Shown one piece after another: positions 20,352-30,015 of a stretch of DNA of 64,000 nt (its first letter is position 1; every line of letters begins with the position of its first letter). The stretch is taken from positions 34,865 to 98,864 of IMG/VR virus record IMGVR_UViG_3300008114_000042. One strand, 5' to 3'. The notes under the pieces are model-generated. The model was not told the DNA's origin, searched no databases, and saw only the letters and a program-made list of their open reading frames with translations. A program made the translations under genes and the position numbers. This DNA comes from a virus.

Positions 20352-20695
20352 AGGTATTGGTATTCGGGAGTAAGTCCTTCGATGACTACCCCGTCTTCAC
20401 ACGCGCTATGAGCGTTGCCCTGTCGTCCTGTGACGATGGGCGCTTCTTTGTGCATACGGCTGGCCCTGCACGCATCAACTCTTACACAGCAGAGTTTATG
20501 AATGTAACGGAAAATGGACTGCGAGGGAGAGGCATCAAGCCGTTCTTCCAGAAGGTTCCCTACCCCAAGGACCCGCTCACCCTTGCCGACTATGACTTTG
20601 TAGCCTACCTGTCTAAGCCAGTAGAGCGGAAGTTGCCCTCTGTCCTAGAAGCGGCTGAAAGAAAAGACATAGACTTTGCTGTCTTTCGTTATTAA
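20348..20695 (+). CDS. SLOG/YspA-like protein
   Basis: 'KVLVFGSKSFDDY' N-terminus. Confidence 0.6.
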   Translation: MKVLVFGSKSFDDYPVFTRAMSVALSSCDDGRFFVHTAGPARINSYTAEFMNVTENGLRGRGIKPFFQKVPYPKDPLTLADYDFVAYLSKPVERKLPSVLEAAERKDIDFAVFRY

Positions 20696-20734
20696 CCCCT
20701 TGACAAACCCCATCGTTTAGGGTAGAATAGCACT

Positions 20735-21118
20735 ATGAAACTTTCCAACCAGTCCCGTGCCCATTTGGCGACTGCCCGTTTCCTCGCATCAAAGTCAGAA
20801 GCGAAGAAGACTCACGGAGCAGTAGTAGTCAAGGGAGGCAGGGTGGTCGGAGTTGGATGGAATAAGAATAGAAATGATCCTCAGGCAATGAGCGAAGAGC
20901 ATATCAAGACTGATGCTTCGTATCATGCCGAGGAAGTAGCACTACGCGAAGCAGGCGACAATGCCCGTGGAGCCATACTCTATGTTGCCCGTGTGAATAA
21001 GCAGGGGGAAGATAGAGACAGTAAGCCTTGTTTCCTTTGCAGCACTCTAATGGTGAGTGCGGGGATAAAGAAGGTTATCTACACCACAGAAGGAGTAGTA
21101 GAAGATGTTTATTACTAG
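20735..21118 (+). CDS. zinc-dependent cytidine/dCMP deaminase-family protein
   Basis: 'HGAVVV', 'HAEE', 'SKPCFLC'. Confidence 0.85.
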   Translation: MKLSNQSRAHLATARFLASKSEAKKTHGAVVVKGGRVVGVGWNKNRNDPQAMSEEHIKTDASYHAEEVALREAGDNARGAILYVARVNKQGEDRDSKPCFLCSTLMVSAGIKKVIYTTEGVVEDVYY

Positions 21119-21314
21119 TCTAGAAGAGATGGAGAGCATCGTTGCCAACTCCAAGCGCCTCGCTTGGGATGGATGGGATGTTATCCACGCTACGCCTAAG
21201 GCAAACGCCATGCTCACGCCTACGGGAAGGTTTATTCGTGGCGCGTGGAACGCAGTCACCACTTTCCCTCTGACTGAGCAAGGATGGAAGATTCCTAAGT
21301 CGCTGATGAGGTAA
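21105..21314 (+). CDS. conserved actinophage hypothetical protein
   Basis: 'LAWDGWDV...GW.IP'. Confidence 0.6.
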   Translation: MFITSLEEMESIVANSKRLAWDGWDVIHATPKANAMLTPTGRFIRGAWNAVTTFPLTEQGWKIPKSLMR

Positions 21315-21319
21315 TCCTT

Positions 21320-21619
21320 ATGAGCAACTCATGGAAGTTAGATGGAAAGTGTCTAAACTTTGACACAAACCTGTTCTTCGAAACCTACGAGGAAGACAAA
21401 CTCATAGCAAAGCAGATAGATAAACTCTGTGTCGGATGCCCGGTTGTGAAAACCTGCTACAAGCATGGTGTTTCCAACAAAGAGTACGGCGTCTGGGGCG
21501 GGGTATATTTAGATGGTGACGGAGACTGGGACAGAGAGTTTAATAGCCACAAATCAGAGAGAGACTGGACAGAAATCCGCTTCTCTCTATCAATGGATTG
21601 GGAAGAGGAAGTGAAGTAA
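21320..21619 (+). CDS. whiB: WhiB-family transcription regulator
   Basis: Four conserved Cys and 'GVWGG'. Confidence 0.92.
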   Translation: MSNSWKLDGKCLNFDTNLFFETYEEDKLIAKQIDKLCVGCPVVKTCYKHGVSNKEYGVWGGVYLDGDGDWDREFNSHKSERDWTEIRFSLSMDWEEEVK

Positions 21620-21620
21620 G

Positions 21621-21902
21621 ATGAGCAAAATGCCTGTGCAAGAGCGTATCGCCATAATGCGAAATGCCTATCGAAACATCCATAAGCCTGTGCGCTTCAC
21701 TATGGATGTAGTCTATTTCGATGAGATTGATCCAGCCGTTATCCTGCTCCGCTTCTACCACGCAGAGTGGGTCAACCTCACAGAAGATGAGAAGATCGAA
21801 GCAGCGCTGTATATGGGCAGAGTAAAGGATGTAGTGGAGCAACACGGCTTCCCCTGCTCCCTTGATCCTGTCATTGATGATATGTCAAGTCAAATCGTAT
21901 GA
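21621..21902 (+). CDS. hypothetical protein
   Basis: 93-aa ORF following whiB. Confidence 0.55.
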   Translation: MSKMPVQERIAIMRNAYRNIHKPVRFTMDVVYFDEIDPAVILLRFYHAEWVNLTEDEKIEAALYMGRVKDVVEQHGFPCSLDPVIDDMSSQIV

Positions 21903-21967
21903 TACAATAGATAAGTTGGCGATCCCAACAAATCCAATAAAACAATCCCACAAGGAGAAGATTAGTA

Positions 21968-22126
21968 ATGAAGAGTTTTGCAAAGTTGCTTAGTTCACTG
22001 TTTGATGATAGTAATACCCACAACACCATCAGCGCCTTTGAGCGTGATTGGCACAAGTATCGGAGTGAGGCTTTGACCCCTTCACACCGGGCAGAGATAG
22101 ACGAGATTTTCGCTCGTCACTCTTGA
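21968..22126 (+). CDS. small hypothetical protein
   Basis: RBS AAGGAG; MKSFAK...HRAEIDEIFARHS. Confidence 0.6.
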   Translation: MKSFAKLLSSLFDDSNTHNTISAFERDWHKYRSEALTPSHRAEIDEIFARHS

Positions 22127-22181
22127 CATCCGGGCGGGGGTAGTGTAGAATAGACTCATACCTACTAAAGAAAGAGCACTT

Positions 22182-22385
22182 ATGCTACCCCCGCCAATCG
22201 ACACCAGAGATTTCCCCAGCGCCGCCTGTCTTAACTGCGGAGGCGACCTTTTCATTGCTAAGGTCATCTTTGATGATGACTACAATATCGGTATGTATAT
22301 GACTGAGGGCGAGTGCGCCTATTGCCATTCGCTCGTCAGGCTCCCTACCCCACTAGACCACCCCGACTACGAAGAGAGTTACTGA
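22182..22385 (+). CDS. small zinc-ribbon protein
   Basis: CxxC...CxxC, 'PTPLD'; own promoter. Confidence 0.65.
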   Translation: MLPPPIDTRDFPSAACLNCGGDLFIAKVIFDDDYNIGMYMTEGECAYCHSLVRLPTPLDHPDYEESY

Positions 22386-22719
22386 TGATTAGCGGAGTCC
22401 AGCGATGGGAAGCCGATGAAAGAGGAAACACGCCGTGAAGCACTACGCGAGGTTTAGGTATTGCAACAAGGGAATGTTCACTCTGCGAGTGACCATCTAC
22501 TCCATCACCGACAACGATGGTTTTACTACTGACAAGATAGTCGCTGACCGCATGTTCTTCACCTACACGGGCGGGTACAGATGGGCACGACGCAAGTTGA
22601 TCCATTATTCCCTAGACAATAATACATCGCTCTTCCTGCGTGATGGGGACATTCTCTCCCTGCACCCTTGACTTCTTTCAGGAAATGTAGTATACTAGAG
22701 ACATAGAAAAGGAGAACGA

Positions 22720-22890
22720 ATGAATAACGAGCAAGAGCGTGCGCTATCCGAACTTCGCGCAGCAGCATCAGTAATCCACAAGAACATCGGCGGCAAGGCC
22801 GGTACAAGTGGAGAGAAGATTTACGGGCAGGCATACAATCGTTGCGTTGCTCTTGGAATCAAGCCCAAACTAAGGAAGAAGTACACCTAA
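22720..22890 (+). CDS. small basic hypothetical protein
   Basis: Promoter + RBS AAAGGAG; MNNEQER...KPKLRKKYT. Confidence 0.6.
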   Translation: MNNEQERALSELRAAASVIHKNIGGKAGTSGEKIYGQAYNRCVALGIKPKLRKKYT

Positions 22891-23169
22891 TGACCACCAC
22901 GCTTGACTGGACATTCGATATCGTCACCCCCGAAAAGGGAGGCAAGTACCACCTTCGTGGAGACTTCCAAGAGACTTGGTGCGGGAAGTATTACGACCTC
23001 ACTTGGAATGGTGAATGGAGGCTCATCGGAGCATACTCCATTGACTCCATCAAGCGCATGGTAGAGCGCCCTGCGGCTAACAGCATGTGCGTCAAGTGTG
23101 CTAAGGTATGGAAGACAACATAGACTTACCTAATATCAGGTAATATCCACAACTACACAAAGGAGTAAT

Positions 23170-23580
23170 ATGAGTAAGGCAGCAAAGATTCTTGCTATCA
23201 TCCTCATCACTTTTGGTGGCGTGTTCACACTCGTAGGAGTTTCTTCCTACCTTACCGTGGGCAACGTCCTCACAGCGCAGGCAATCACGGTTGCCGACGA
23301 TGCTTCCTGTCTCGCAGGAGCAACGGTGAACAACCCACTAGCAGCATGGTGCCAGCAGGATATCATCAACGATCACGCCCTCCATGCCACGAATGGGCTG
23401 TCATACGCACAGATGGACCGTGAGGACCCGCTACGCGAGGTTGCTATGAATGGGTCGGTGCTTCGTGCATCGCTCTTCACTAGCGTTATTGCCTTCGCTC
23501 TCAGCGCCCTCGTGGCTGTGCTTGGAGTGCTCTTCGCCCTCGTTGGCGTGACATTCCTCGTCTACAAGCCGAAGGCGTAG
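23170..23580 (+). CDS. two-TM membrane protein resembling an actinobacterial host family
   Basis: Two hydrophobic helices flanking 'ITVADDA...HALHATNG..YAQM...LRASLFTS'. Confidence 0.65.
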   Translation: MSKAAKILAIILITFGGVFTLVGVSSYLTVGNVLTAQAITVADDASCLAGATVNNPLAAWCQQDIINDHALHATNGLSYAQMDREDPLREVAMNGSVLRASLFTSVIAFALSALVAVLGVLFALVGVTFLVYKPKA

Positions 23581-23616
23581 GCAAACTACCTGAGCATGTA
23601 GTCAAACTGCTCCCGC

Positions 23617-23700
23617 AGGGGAATATCGGCGCTGTCTTATAAACAGTGGATAATAATGCCGTAGCGGTCCAGTTGGGTTCAATTCCCATTTCCCCTACCA
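23617..23700 (+). tRNA. atypical tRNA-Ile (UAU) without canonical D-arm, long variable region
   Basis: Acceptor aggggaa/ttcccct + ACCA; anticodon arm gctgt-ctTATaa-acagt; T-loop ttcaatt. Confidence 0.7.
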
Positions 23701-23701
23701 A

Positions 23702-23774
23702 GCCCCCGTAGTTCAGCAGATAGAACAGCGGATTTCTACTCCGTAGGTCGTGGGTGCAATTCCTACCGGGGGTA
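23702..23774 (+). tRNA. tRNA-Arg (UCU)
   Basis: Cloverleaf; gcgga-ttTCTac-tccgt. Confidence 0.88.
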
Positions 23775-23943
23775 CAAAAATATTGTGGTATAATACTTGA
23801 CTACAACGACCAAACCTGTTATACTTTACACATAACACAATAGCGAGTTCGATGGGACATAGGGACTTGTGAGGATATGTGCCTCAATAAAAACCATCCC
23901 TCCCCATCCCCTGTTGATAGTCAGGGAAAACAAAACTATCCGG

Positions 23944-24015
23944 TAGGGAGAGCCAATGGATAGGCACTTTGTCTCCAAAACAAAGCAAAACAGGGTTCGA
24001 CTCCCTGCTCCCTTG
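23944..24015 (+). tRNA. tRNA-Trp (CCA)
   Basis: tttgt-ctCCAaa-acaaa; T arm caggg-ttcgact-ccctg; slightly irregular 5' end. Confidence 0.75.
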
Positions 24016-24042
24016 CAAAAGATTCCAAAGTGTGGTATAAGC

Positions 24043-24113
24043 GCTCCCTTAAGTTAATAGTAAACTGGTAGTTTTACACACTACTCACGGCGGGGCGGTA
24101 CCGTCAGGGAGTA
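24043..24113 (+). tRNA. tRNA-Val (UAC)
   Basis: gctccct/agggagt; gtagt-ttTACac-actac; divergent T loop. Confidence 0.75.
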
Positions 24114-24120
24114 CGCACAA

Positions 24121-24187
24121 TGCTCTAGTTGGTACGGCGGGGTCCTCATAAGTCCCCTAGCCTTAGGTTCGAATCCTGATAGAGCAA
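24121..24187 (+). tRNA. tRNA-Met/Ile2 (CAU) with truncated D-arm (possible pseudogene)
   Basis: tgctcta/tagagca; ctCATaa loop; GGTTCGAATCC; 5' strand of D-stem missing. Confidence 0.6.
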
Positions 24188-24232
24188 CGGTTTCCAAGTA
24201 GCGAGCGCTTTGGAAGTGTGGTATAATGGAGT

Positions 24233-24655
24233 ATGAAAATTTGTGGAACCTGTAAAGAAGAAAAGCCAATTAGCGAGTTCTCCCTCAAAAAGGGAAAGCC
24301 CCAGTACAACTGTAAAGAATGTCATTCAAAGTATAGAAAAGCACACTACGAAAACAATAAGCAAAAATACATAGACAAGGCTGCTAAGAACAAGAAAGCA
24401 TATGCCAGAGAGTATTACGACTGGCTAAGTGGCAAATGTTGCGCTGACTGCGGGACGACAGACATAAGAGTCTTGGAACAGGACCATCTCAAAGATAAAA
24501 AGTTTAATATCTCTTTGCTAATAGGGAGGGTGAGACTCTCTACGATGATGGAAGAATTGAATAAGTGTGAAATCGTGTGCGCCAACTGCCATATCATCCG
24601 TACCGGAGAAAGGGCGGGGTGGCTGAAACAAGAATACTACGCGAATATAGTTTAG
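24233..24655 (+). CDS. HNH endonuclease inside tRNA cluster
   Basis: 'CADCG...DH...CEIVCANCH'; stop lies within tRNA-Gly. Confidence 0.85.
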   Translation: MKICGTCKEEKPISEFSLKKGKPQYNCKECHSKYRKAHYENNKQKYIDKAAKNKKAYAREYYDWLSGKCCADCGTTDIRVLEQDHLKDKKFNISLLIGRVRLSTMMEELNKCEIVCANCHIIRTGERAGWLKQEYYANIV

Positions 24656-24711
24656 AGGTAGAACCAGTGATTTCCAATCATTCAGCCGGGGTTCGATTCC
24701 CCGTATTCGCT
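24641..24711 (+). tRNA. tRNA-Gly (UCC)
   Basis: gcgaata/tattcgc; agtga-ttTCCaa-tcatt. Confidence 0.88.
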
Positions 24712-24840
24712 CGCAAGGTATGGCTCAGTAATGTGAGGTGACGATGTTGATGCCTATGTCGCACATAGAGACATCGAAACAATATCATTATTCATCCCCA
24801 GCCACGCACCTACCAAGGGTTGCCGCCCGAGGGTAGAGAG

Positions 24841-24868
24841 GGGGAGAGGTCGGCAAAGCCTCTCCCCT
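24841..24868 (+). terminator. GC-rich hairpin
   Basis: ggggagagg ... cctctcccc inverted repeat. Confidence 0.5.
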
Positions 24869-25200
24869 TCATAATAATGGTATAATAACTCTATGTGGTG
24901 TGACGTACATCGACAGAAATTTGATTTAGATGAGAATGGATGGCCTACATGCGAGGACAAGGAGAAAGAGAAGGACTAAGAAAGTCCTTGCCCTATCTCT
25001 TGTTCTGGTTGCTGTGTGGGGGATGATACATTACCGTGTCGTCCCAGTTATGTACTACAATATTCTATGTTTCTTTGATACGGAATACAACGCAATGAGG
25101 ACCGATGCAGGACACCAAGAATGTTTGGAGTCCTATCACGAGCGATAAGGGGCGGGACGGATCAGACCTCCTGCCCTTTGTCTATACCTCAATATTCAAG

Positions 25201-25284
25201 GGAAGATTGGCAGAGTGGCTAATGCAGCGGCTTGCTAAGCCGTAGGTCCGTAAGGGTCCGTAGGTTCGAATCCTACATCTTCCT
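25201..25284 (+). tRNA. tRNA-Ser (GCU)
   Basis: ggaagat/atcttcc; ttGCTaa; long variable arm. Confidence 0.92.
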
Positions 25285-25362
25285 CTGTGGTTTAAAAGTG
25301 TGATACAATTGAACTGGCCTGAAACCAGTCAACGCAGGGGACCGCAATGGTTGCCCTGCCAA

Positions 25363-25435
25363 GGTCCGTTAGAGTAGCGGTAATCTCGCTTCCCTCTCAA
25401 GGAAGAGAACAGGGGTTCAAATCCCCTACGGACTA
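25363..25435 (+). tRNA. tRNA-Glu (CUC)
   Basis: ggtccgt/acggact; cttcc-ctCTCaa-ggaag. Confidence 0.9.
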
Positions 25436-25440
25436 CGCAA

Positions 25441-25521
25441 GGCCTAATGGTGGAACGGTATACACGCACGACTCAAAATCGTGTGCTTTGCGGCATGTGG
25501 GTTCGAATCCCACTTGGGCTA
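25441..25521 (+). tRNA. tRNA-Leu (CAA)
   Basis: cacga-ctCAAaa-tcgtg; long variable arm. Confidence 0.92.
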
Positions 25522-25613
25522 CAAATGAGAGCATCTTGTGATGCGAATAAAAGCATTCCGTAAGGTCGGAGTGCTATACTTAGAAGAATGCGCAACCAAT
25601 CCAAGGAGAAATA

Positions 25614-26177
25614 ATGAAGAAGACTCTATCAGCACTAGGACTAAGTTCAATCGGATTAATCGCTGTTACGGCTACCGCACCAGCCTTCGCTACCCCGTCA
25701 GAGATGGTAACCGTCTGCCACGTTACTCCCGGCAATTCGGTAACGCTGACTATCCCAGAGGATCAGGCCAATGGTCACCTAACAGGCAAGGCAGCAGGAC
25801 ACGACCTGAACGGCCCTGTAGAGGACTATCTTGGTGAGTGCAAGCCTACCCCTACGCCTACACCAACACCTACCCCAACACCTACTCCAACCCCAACGGA
25901 GACATCTACACCAACACCAGAACCAACGCCAGAGGCTACTTCGGTGAACCCGGAGGCGGCTCTACCGCTGGAAGTTCTTCCTGCCACTATTGCTGATCCC
26001 ATCATGGTCAATATACCTCAGAAGGCAACCTTACCAGTAGAGGTTAATGCTGGTGGCGGGGGTAGTCAGGATGAAGGCCCATCACCATTAACACTAGTAG
26101 GACTACTACTAATGTCTGCTGGTGTGGTAACCGCAACATTCTCCGGTATCCAGATGCTTGCTAAGCGTGGAATCTAA
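25614..26177 (+). CDS. secreted/cell-surface protein with Pro-Thr linker and C-terminal anchor
   Basis: Signal peptide, 'VTVCH...GH' domain, (PT)n repeat, C-terminal TM + basic tail. Confidence 0.75.
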   Translation: MKKTLSALGLSSIGLIAVTATAPAFATPSEMVTVCHVTPGNSVTLTIPEDQANGHLTGKAAGHDLNGPVEDYLGECKPTPTPTPTPTPTPTPTPTETSTPTPEPTPEATSVNPEAALPLEVLPATIADPIMVNIPQKATLPVEVNAGGGGSQDEGPSPLTLVGLLLMSAGVVTATFSGIQMLAKRGI

Positions 26178-26874
26178 ATAAACCAAAGGATAGGAGGGGC
26201 AGGGACTTGACAACCTGCCCCTTCTTCCTGTATAATAGAGACACGTTGAACAAAGGAGAAGCACTATGCGGGACTTTTCTCTCACAGAGGAATGGCTAAG
26301 CAAGTTCATTAAGGACACTAATCAAGAAATCATTCTTCTTTATGGAAAGATTACAGACCTAGAAAAGAAGGTAGAGCATTTTGCCTCCAAGAAGTAAGCG
26401 AGCCCCGGTAGTCAAGGATGGTGGGATGTTCGTCCCCACTCCCGATGTTCAACTAACCAGAAAGTCTGGTTGGTGTATGGAGTTCCCAGCGGCGCATGAT
26501 AGATGTCCTTATCAACTTCTTTCGGGCAAGTGTGGGTGTGACTGCGGTCATCCCCATTACAAAGGAAATAAGTAATGTCTGTTTCAACTCTAAAAATGTG
26601 CTCTTGTAAGTGTAACAAATCCAAATCAGATAATCTAATGATAGAATTCCTACGAAAGAGAAAAACTAATGCCTAATGCCGAAACATCAAAGCGCACCTT
26701 CTACACTACACCCGCTCGCTTCTGCGAGGATGCTCTTGCCATTATGGGCGAGGTATACGGAATCGGAGAAGACAGCGAGCAGCACCCTGAGGACGTTTTT
26801 GTCAACCTTAGTGTTGTTATGCAGATAATGAGTCTCAATACTACCAAAATTATGAATGCCTATTGGAGGCGTTG

Positions 26875-27054
26875 ATGCCCAACTACAGTTATGTGTGTGC
26901 CTATTGTGGGCCAGCAAACATCTTTCAGCAGATAACGGAGAAGCCCTTGACTTCCTGCCCGGAATGCGGCAAACTAGGGTTTAGGAAGTTGTTCACCGCC
27001 CCCGCTATTTCCTTTAAGGGAAGCGGTTTCGCAAGTAACGATAAGGGGAAGTAG
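26875..27054 (+). CDS. FmdB-like zinc-ribbon protein
   Basis: 'MPNYSYVCAYC...CPECG...FKGSGF..ND'. Confidence 0.85.
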   Translation: MPNYSYVCAYCGPANIFQQITEKPLTSCPECGKLGFRKLFTAPAISFKGSGFASNDKGK

Positions 27055-27509
27055 TGAGATATTTTATGGCTGATCCCGACAATAAGGAAAGATTGCTTAA
27101 GGTTCCTCACCGGGTAGTTATTGAAATCCAGAAAGACTACGCCGTTCAGACGTTTGAGGAAATGAAAAGAGTAGAGTCTTTTGCCTACATCAATGCCTGC
27201 ATCTCAGCAGGAGAGCGGATCATGGACTATGCTGATGAGTCTGAAATGGCTAAGGACTATTCTAACTACAAAGTCATCGATGGTATGAGATACATCGAAG
27301 TCAGCACAGCGGTACAGTGTGCGCTTGTCCCAATTTCCACTATGCTTGGTGGGAAGGACGATGAGAGGACGGATGATGACTGACCACGAACCGATGTGCC
27401 CGTGCAACAATGCCGACGAGCGCGGCTGCTTCCTCATCAGCGCCAACACTGGCAAGTGCGTGTCCTGCGTGTGTGGAGACAAGATGGACACGGCTCTAGG
27501 CGGTGAGCG

Positions 27510-27764
27510 ATGACTCACGACCCGCTGTGCACCACGGTACTGAATACCGAGATGAGCGAAGCGTTCTGTGACTGCGCCCTGATCGCCCGTGTCCGCGAGG
27601 ACGAGCGGAAGCATGAGATTCCCACCACGCTCTCCTACGCCGCTGGCCTGTCCGCTGCGCGGGAAGCAGTGGTTGAAGTCCATCGCAAGTGGGGATACCC
27701 GCAGCAACTCATCGACAGCAACGTAATCATCGCCGCTATCGACGCATTAAAGGAGGAGTCATGA
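27510..27764 (+). CDS. HDxxC...CxC module protein
   Basis: 'HDPLC...CDCALIARVREDER'. Confidence 0.65.
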   Translation: MTHDPLCTTVLNTEMSEAFCDCALIARVREDERKHEIPTTLSYAAGLSAAREAVVEVHRKWGYPQQLIDSNVIIAAIDALKEES

Positions 27765-28033
27765 GCATCCAGCGGTGGCGCATCGACACAAGCGGGAGCG
27801 AGTACGTCACTTACGCCGATTACGTCGCTGCCCTAGCCGACGCTGAACAGCGAATGGAACGAATCACCCGTGAGGACGACAACCGGGCGCTGTGGGACAA
27901 CCGCCAGTGGAACGCCGCGCTGGACGCTGTGCGGAAAGCGGTTGTCGCTACGGATGCTCCATGCAGCGGCCTGTGTGAGTGCATACCGCACGCCCTCGCC
28001 GCTATTGACGAACTCGCCCGAGAAGGAGAATAA
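27761..28033 (+). CDS. hypothetical 'SIQRW' module protein
   Basis: RBS AAGGAGG; paralog of the 30288 ORF. Confidence 0.6.
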   Translation: MSIQRWRIDTSGSEYVTYADYVAALADAEQRMERITREDDNRALWDNRQWNAALDAVRKAVVATDAPCSGLCECIPHALAAIDELAREGE

Positions 28034-28036
28034 CTA

Positions 28037-28393
28037 ATGAAGCGACTACTCATCACGGGTTCACGAACGTGGACAGACTACGCAGTGATCTATACTGCCC
28101 TACTTGAATACCAGAAGAAGGTAAATGAGTCCATCACTGTTGTCCACGGTGGTGCTCGTGGTGCTGACTACCTTGCTCACACGGCAGCAAAGCGACTACT
28201 TCTCTTTACTGAGCCGCACGGGGCAAAGTGGGAAGACTTTGGTAGCGCCGCAGGACCCATCAGAAACAGGGAAATGGTGGAGTCAGACATAGATGTCTGC
28301 TTCGCTTTCATTCGCAAGAACAGCAAGGGAGCAACTGGCTGCGCACGCATGGCTGAGCAGGCAGGGATTCCCACAACCTATTGGAGAGAATAA
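28037..28393 (+). CDS. SLOG/YspA (DUF2493-like) protein
   Basis: 'ITGSR', 'VHGGARGAD', 'AGPIRN.EM', 'SKGATG'. Confidence 0.85.
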   Translation: MKRLLITGSRTWTDYAVIYTALLEYQKKVNESITVVHGGARGADYLAHTAAKRLLLFTEPHGAKWEDFGSAAGPIRNREMVESDIDVCFAFIRKNSKGATGCARMAEQAGIPTTYWRE

Positions 28394-28917
28394 TGAGAAG
28401 CGATATTGACTATGATTTTGACGAGGCACTCGGTGCCCTGCGCGATGCGGAGGCTGCTGTTGAGCGTGCTCGCTACACCTATAAGGATAGCGCACCAGAG
28501 CCCATCGACCCCAAGGACATAGAGCAGGCTATTGACAGATGTGTAGAGAACTACACAAAGATGCGTGATCGTCAGCCCACTACCGCTGAACTTGCTGATG
28601 CTATTCTGAGTGCTGTGGCCTTCTAAAATATAATTCCTTTTTAAACTGTTCGTGCTATAATGCAAACGAAAATTAGTTTTTGGGAGTGAGCAGCATGTAC
28701 GGGCGAGGACGAGTAATAGAAGCAGATGCCATTGTTTTTCTCATCAACGAGCAGAGAAGTGCTATTGCTGAATACAGTACAGACTATGAAGTAGGGTATG
28801 AACGTGGTCTAAAAAAGGCAATGGAAATCATTTGCCGTTACGTCGCAAAAATCTATGGGGGCGAGATAGCCACGATCCCTCCCATCGTCATTAAGACTGC
28901 CCCGAAAAGGAGATAAG

Positions 28918-29661
28918 ATGGAAGAACGCAGAGTAGCGCATAGGCGTAAGTGGTCATCCCCCGAACGCCGGGTAAGGTTAGGAAGTCGTCAGCATCCAGT
29001 AATAGCAACCATTATTACGACTGCTGTTGCTTCTGCCGTTGTCGTGGGTATTGCCTATGCTGGGGCCAACATCGACAGCATCCTCAAAGGAACGCCCTAC
29101 GAGGCCGCTGGCTGGTGTTCAAATAACCCCGTATCATTTACCCTAGACCTAGGTGCTCTCCCGCCAGAGAGCCATTCTAGGGCCATTAAGGACGTAAAGT
29201 GGGCCTTCGACCAGTGGAATAGCGCCACTGGCTACACTTTCGCCTATTCAGGGGAGGTTTCCACTGACTTCAATGTAGCAGAACAGACGATAACTCCATC
29301 ACAAACACTAGACAATAACATCTACATGGACTTCGCTCCTGTTCTTGATGAGAACCCCAAAATCGCAGGGCTTGCTGGTCCTATCGAACTCTTGCCCGGT
29401 AGAAATGAAATAACATCTGGCTTTGCTGTATTCAAGTCAGACTATTTCCAGTCTGCCCCCACCTATATGCGTCGTCACCTCATCCTTCACGAGTTAGGGC
29501 ACGCACTAGGACTAGGACATAGCACAGACGCGAATGATGTCATGTATCCCATACTCAATAAGTCACAGGTGCTTTCCACGGATACGACCATGACGCTTGA
29601 GTCCTTCAAGAAGATGTGCGAAGTCCAGCCAACCATTACCACAGATAGCATCGGAGAGTAA
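28918..29661 (+). CDS. membrane-anchored matrixin-like zinc metalloprotease
   Basis: TM helix; 'HELGHALGLGHS' + Met-turn 'DVMYP'. Confidence 0.85.
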   Translation: MEERRVAHRRKWSSPERRVRLGSRQHPVIATIITTAVASAVVVGIAYAGANIDSILKGTPYEAAGWCSNNPVSFTLDLGALPPESHSRAIKDVKWAFDQWNSATGYTFAYSGEVSTDFNVAEQTITPSQTLDNNIYMDFAPVLDENPKIAGLAGPIELLPGRNEITSGFAVFKSDYFQSAPTYMRRHLILHELGHALGLGHSTDANDVMYPILNKSQVLSTDTTMTLESFKKMCEVQPTITTDSIGE

Positions 29662-30015
29662 GATGATTGACACAGATAAACTCTTTGCTGCCTACAACAC
29701 AAAGAGGCAGAGAGAGAATGAGGACCCAGAGGCATACCCATCATTCGTCTACAACGCAAAGGGAGACTATTTCAAGTGCGACCACACGGGGGTGTTCTTC
29801 CGTGGGGGAGTCCTTGATGATGATTCCCCAGATGAGGTAGCATCCTTCCTGTCGATGGTGTGCCGGGTAAAGGTGACGGACGCTACAGTATCCCACTTGA
29901 AAAAAGTCCGTGAGGCTGTTGACTTTTCCACAAAAATTCTGTAGAATAGTCCTATGAACAGAAAAGACTACTCACAGAACGAGCAAACACTTTCAAGAGT
30001 TATGGGACTGATGAG

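Noticed and set aside
24735-24790. Hammerhead ribozyme (gtgacga...gaaac)
   Set aside because: Core needs CUGANGA; the C is absent and stems I and III are not evident
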